The translations under genes and the position numbers were made by a program. This document shows, piece by piece, positions 63,296-64,000 of a DNA stretch of 64,000 nucleotides. Under the pieces are notes generated by a model, which had not been told where the DNA came from, did no database searches, and saw only the letters and a list, made by a program, of their open reading frames with translations. The stretch is taken from assembly GCA_025594325.1 (NCBI GenBank), contig JANHCV010000015.1, forward strand, positions 248,001-312,000, written 5' to 3'. Origin of the DNA: Blastocladiella emersonii ATCC 22665. Lineage: Eukaryota; Fungi; Blastocladiomycota. How positions within the stretch are numbered: the stretch's first letter is position 1; every line of letters begins with the position of its first letter.

Positions 63296-64000
63296 ATGTC
63301 GCTGCCATCCGCATCGCTGCTCCGCCCGGCCGGCGCCGTGCTGCGCCGCCGGTGTGCCGCAGCGTCGCCATCCATCATCGCCGCTATGCGCGTGGCGGCC
63401 GTCCCTGTCCTCCGCACCACCACTGCTGCTGCTTCGTTCACCTCGGCCCCCGCCCGGAGCTTCTCGTGGACGCGCGTGGCGCGGAGCGACGCCCATGGCC
63501 CGAGCGAAGCGGAACTCGACGCGGCGTTCATTGGCAACACGCCAATGGACGGCGCCGAGCTGCGCGCGCTGATCGAGGCCGGGCGCACGGGCGTCGGCAA
63601 GGAGGTGCTGATCGTCGACGTGCGCAACGCGAGCGAGACGGCCGAGGGCATGATTCCGACGGCTGTGCATCTGCCACGTACGTTTCTCACGGCGTGAGAG
63701 ATGGTGCCAGGTTGCTGACTTGGGCAGACAGTCCCGGAGCTCGCCAACGCGCTCAACCAGCCCAACATGCAGTTCCAGCTGCTCAACCAGTTCCCCAAGC
63801 CGTCGCGCGAGTCCGACAACCTCGTCGTCTACTGCAAGGCCGGCGTGCGCGCCGAGAACGCGCTCAAGATTGCCCGCGAGCTCGGGTTCAAGCGGTACGC
63901 TTTGAGGCTGGGATCGTGTCGCGATCATGCGCTCACTCTCATTGACTGTAGCGTGCGCAACTACAAGGGCTCGTGGAACGACTGGACCGCCAACTTTGCC
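63296..64000 (+). CDS. Single-domain rhodanese (sulfurtransferase), spliced, runs off the window
   Basis: LIVDVRN..E...GMIPTAVHLP, active-site loop YCKAGVR, and NYKGSWNDW. Confidence 0.9.

Noticed and set aside
1-64000. tRNA, rRNA or other structured RNA genes
   Set aside because: None were recognised by eye. tRNAscan-SE or Infernal would be needed to exclude them.

Overview
This is a GC-rich eukaryotic window. Its short GT-AG introns (mostly 55-70 nt, GTACG donors, CTRAC-like branch points) and gene content are consistent with a zoosporic or early-diverging fungus; the host identity is an inference. There are three layers. (1) Ordinary host genes: CBM18-GH19 chitinase-like, mS38, Nup160-like, PBDC1-domain, LRR, RPB9, AEC/PILS transporter, LEA-like, MsrA, a CM-PDT (PheA) fusion, an rvt-type reverse transcriptase-like gene, RsfS, mL38 and a rhodanese. 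(2) An intronless family of about 550-710 aa proteins with an F-box-like N-terminus. It has 10 copies or fragments in two oppositely oriented tandem clusters and shows birth-and-death decay. (3) The main finding: a 14,187-bp endogenous Polinton-like virus-type element (29651-43837) inserted in the second cluster. It has 607-bp terminal inverted repeats with one mismatch, each ending in a perfect 28-bp palindrome. It encodes a capsid module (A32-like ATPase, major and minor capsid, fibre), an AEP primase-UL9-like SF2 helicase instead of a protein-primed polymerase, and both an rve integrase and a divergent tyrosine recombinase. An internal junction has removed the 5' ends of two divergent genes. 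All family assignments come from motif recognition by eye; no database search was run.
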